A DNA stretch of 64,000 nucleotides, taken from Phoronis australis. Lineage: Eukaryota > Animalia > Phoronida. The stretch is taken from contig NMRA01000819.1 in the NCBI GenBank assembly GCA_002633005.1, positions 31,521 through 95,520 of the forward strand, in the 5' to 3' direction. Under the pieces are notes generated by a model, which did no database searches, was not told the origin of the DNA, and saw only the letters and a program-made list of their open reading frames with translations. A program made the translations under genes and the position numbers. Below, piece after piece: positions 60,958-64,000 of the stretch (the stretch's first letter is position 1; each line of letters begins with the position of its first letter).

Positions 60958-63811
60958 TATGACATGTACGCAACCTCACAGTTGATTGAAGAACATGCAA
61001 ATTGGCCACTTATGATGTACGTGACGCAATGGCGCCCAAAGAGCGCATGGCACTTTTAGAAGAACGCCAATTTTCCAACACCCGGATAAATAATTTAGTT
61101 TACTCAAGGAAGAGTGAAAATTTTTTAATTAGTCATCATTAAGTTTGGCGGCTACAGGCCGGATGAAATATATACGCGACAGAAGCCGGAGGGAGTGAAA
61201 TTAAGCCGACGGAGTGACGTCACCCAGGCCGTTGAGCCGACCGACTGACGTCACCAAGGCCAGTACGAAACTGGCCACCCTCCCTCCGCTTCCGTGAAAA
61301 AACGGCCCGCGAGAAAAAATTGGACACCTTGAATCCAAATAGGGGGCCGGTGCAATACCTGGGACCAAGGAGGTGCCGAAACGGCCGCAACGAAGGTCTG
61401 TAATGGAGCGGGGGAGACGGAGTTTGTACAAACGATGCATTTTATACAATAGACAATAACAATAATAGATGTATAGATTGCAAACCATAATGGAAAATGA
61501 AATACGCGTTGACTACTAAACTACATGCACTGCTTAGGGATCCTTGCAATCACAGAGCACACCTTGTTGCCGCGCGGACCACCTATCCTTCCTATAAAGA
61601 AGAGTAAAATTGATGCGACAGTGCATGCGCAGTTCTAATTACAGTTGACGTTCACTGCTCATAGTTTAGGCACCACGTCTCGCTGATCTAGGAAACTGGT
61701 GATATCACTCTCTCTTAAATTTGAGGAACCAAACACGAATGTGACGAAATTAGCAATTCCTCGTACGTTCTTACTACGCCTACATGCGCGCACCCAGGTG
61801 GGGCTCTGGGTGCTCGAACAAGCCCTCCCATTTGGCGAAGTGGGCAAAAAGGTCCGCCTCTGAAAAACAAAAAGTCCAAGAAAATGAGACAAAAGTCCAC
61901 TAAACTTAACAAGCACAAACGCGCAATTGACAGGGGGTTCCGTTTTTTTAGTCCGCCCGTTTTTTGTTACCAAAAGGTAACAACGTCAGGAATTCGAGCC
62001 CTCCATATTGGAGGCTGGGTGGGCGATTGGCCTATGCATCATTCATTCTTGCGAACGCATCCTTGAGGTGACCTTAATTAGCGCTTAGTACAATCACGTG
62101 ACCATGGCCATGCTAACGTCACTAAGATCCACTTAACGCGGCTTTTCAGTAAATTATTAACCCAAGTTAACTATTCGCGCCTTTAGTGACAAATCTCTGA
62201 GTCTCCTTTGCATTATAACTAGATTAAGTGACAACAAATAAAACAGGAAATCCACACTCAACTCTACATGTAAGTCTTCATAACGACTAAGGGTTGTTTA
62301 AACATTGTGTGCTGGGTAAAGAGAGCCATTTATCGCAATAAAATTTTGTCGACCTCACCGCCGTAAAAAGGCCTGTATAGTATGAAGATCATCTCGCGAA
62401 GACCTGAGTGGTCAAGAGAAACTCGCAAGGTAGTAACGTTTACTTAAACGCTTCCAAATTTCGCCAAAGTCGTGCGTTGTCGCTGATAACAAAACACGTC
62501 AAGTCTTGCCCGGCTGCCTTGTGACGAGTTGGCGATTTAGTCAACAGTGGTCTTGATTCCTCTAATTCAATTATGTGTAAGTAACTCGTGATTATTGCAA
62601 ATACGCTACATATAAATGACAAAAAATAATTAAACTTATCCAGAAAACGGATCCCAAGTAACAAAGGAACGTAAGTCTCAAGTTTTCCATGACCAGTCGG
62701 GAGGTTTATGAAGTGCGAATTGATGCGGGAAGTTAGATAAGTTTGAAGCAGCCAGCATTCATTGATCATATAGTATGTTTGTTCCGAGTAGATGTGGTTG
62801 TCGAACGTTGAACGCTAAGTATACGCATTTCAGCTGAATATTCATGTATTGTGTGTTGTAACTTTGTAGTTTCACACATTTCCGAAGCGTTGGAAATTCA
62901 AACTGAAACGAAACTGGCGTTTTCGCCTCACCTCTTTCACAACAATAACGCACTGAGTGTAGTACTTGGGCAAAAGTTTATTCCATAGTTTTTTAGACCA
63001 CTTGTTTTAAAATTTAAGTGTTTTAATTTTCAATCTTTAAAAATACATAAATCACTACTTTTAGTGCCGAATTGCGTGCATGTTCAATCATACAACTGAT
63101 GAAGCTGATGAAAAATATAAATTCGAACTGAAACAAAGTTAATTATCCTGTTTCACAAAGGTTATATTACACATGTACAAAATAATGCGACAATGTCAGT
63201 GTGAGCTTTAGTTTAGGGGCAGGGACCATGTATTAGCTAAAAGCTCAAATTTATTTGAACAGTGACTCAACTCAGCAATTGTTTGTACGTAGTATTGAAG
63301 TGGTAGAGATGCCCTCAAAGTTAATGCGAATCGTCTTCAACTGACGACCATTTTCATAACTAAATTATTTGAAAGAATGGAATATGATTGTGGGCTGATA
63401 ACTTCAGCACTTTGCTTTACTGCATTACAAAGGTCACCTTTTAGTGACAGCGTATTATAACAACGACTTTCAGTACTGGTTTTGTTATAGCAAAGGTCGT
63501 GCACATGGTCCTGGGTTATATGATCGCAGGCACGTGATTGCGAATGCGACGCCATTTTTTCCTAGAAACTTTTCTATAACATAGATGAATTAGATAGCTT
63601 TGCATATGATCCCTAATATGAAACTTTCAGAATCCGTTTGTTTGATTCGTCAGAACGCTGAAAATCTAAAACACGACAATCAAAACGTGGACAGTGTTTA
63701 TTGCCTTTTATATCAACAGGTTCCTGCTTTGCAAACACGACAAACGTTACAACATTACCCAAGAACTCGTTTTATGAATACATAGGATCGCTTTACTTTA
63801 CTGTTTTGTAG

Positions 63812-64000
63812 GGAGGAAGCAAAAAGATGTCTATGAAAAAGTTCACGGACGACTGCGTGAGTGCTCACAACAAATATAGAGCTAAGCACGGCGTGCAGAA
63901 ATTGAGGCACTCAAAGACTCTCTCGGTCGAGGCGCAGAAATGGGCCGACCATTTGGCTTCCACTGGCAAGTTTGAGCACAGTAACGTGGAAGTGAAGGGA
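63812..64000 (+). CDS. GLIPR2: GAPR-1/GLIPR2-like CAP (SCP/PR-1) domain protein, exon running off the window
   Basis: After a ctgttttgtag acceptor: GGSKKMSMKKFTDDCVSAHNKYRAKHGVQKLRHSKTLSVEAQKWADHLASTGKFEHS. HNxYRxxHG, AQxWAxxL and HS are GAPR-1 type motifs. ATG at 63827. Confidence 0.9.

Noticed and set aside
8930-63110. Other CTGATGA occurrences (about 8934, 16942, 21345, 27737, 51400, 63096) as hammerheads
   Set aside because: None is followed by a stem II and GAAA.

Overview
This is AT-rich, intron-containing animal DNA, probably from an invertebrate, taken from a heterozygous draft assembly. It is not prokaryotic: I see no operons, CRISPR arrays, rRNA or tRNA. Three genes are recognisable. 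(1) A spliced AASDH/ACSF4 gene (adenylation, carrier and PQQ-propeller domains) on the minus strand, with 10 exons reconstructed by hand (1557-14267) and incomplete at both ends. (2) A full-length, almost intronless ABCA transporter (2 exons, about 1750 aa, 26919-32688, minus) in which both composite ATPase sites carry non-canonical catalytic motifs. This is the most interesting protein-level observation. (3) The start of a GAPR-1/GLIPR2-like CAP gene at the right edge. The rest is mostly transposon-derived: a Helentron-type (HINE/DINE-like) element with a trimeric higher-order repeat interrupted by a TTAA-flanked Kolobok-type element, nested PIF/Harbinger-like MITEs with a filled/empty polymorphism, a TSD-flanked fold-back insert with a hammerhead ribozyme core, THAP and KolX-like relics, and many minisatellites. 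Two possible heavily decayed Toll-like receptor pseudogenes are speculative. About nine apparent tandem duplications centred on N gaps are best read as unmerged haplotypes. All family assignments come from motif recognition by eye; no searches were run. I found no clear-cut new multi-gene system.
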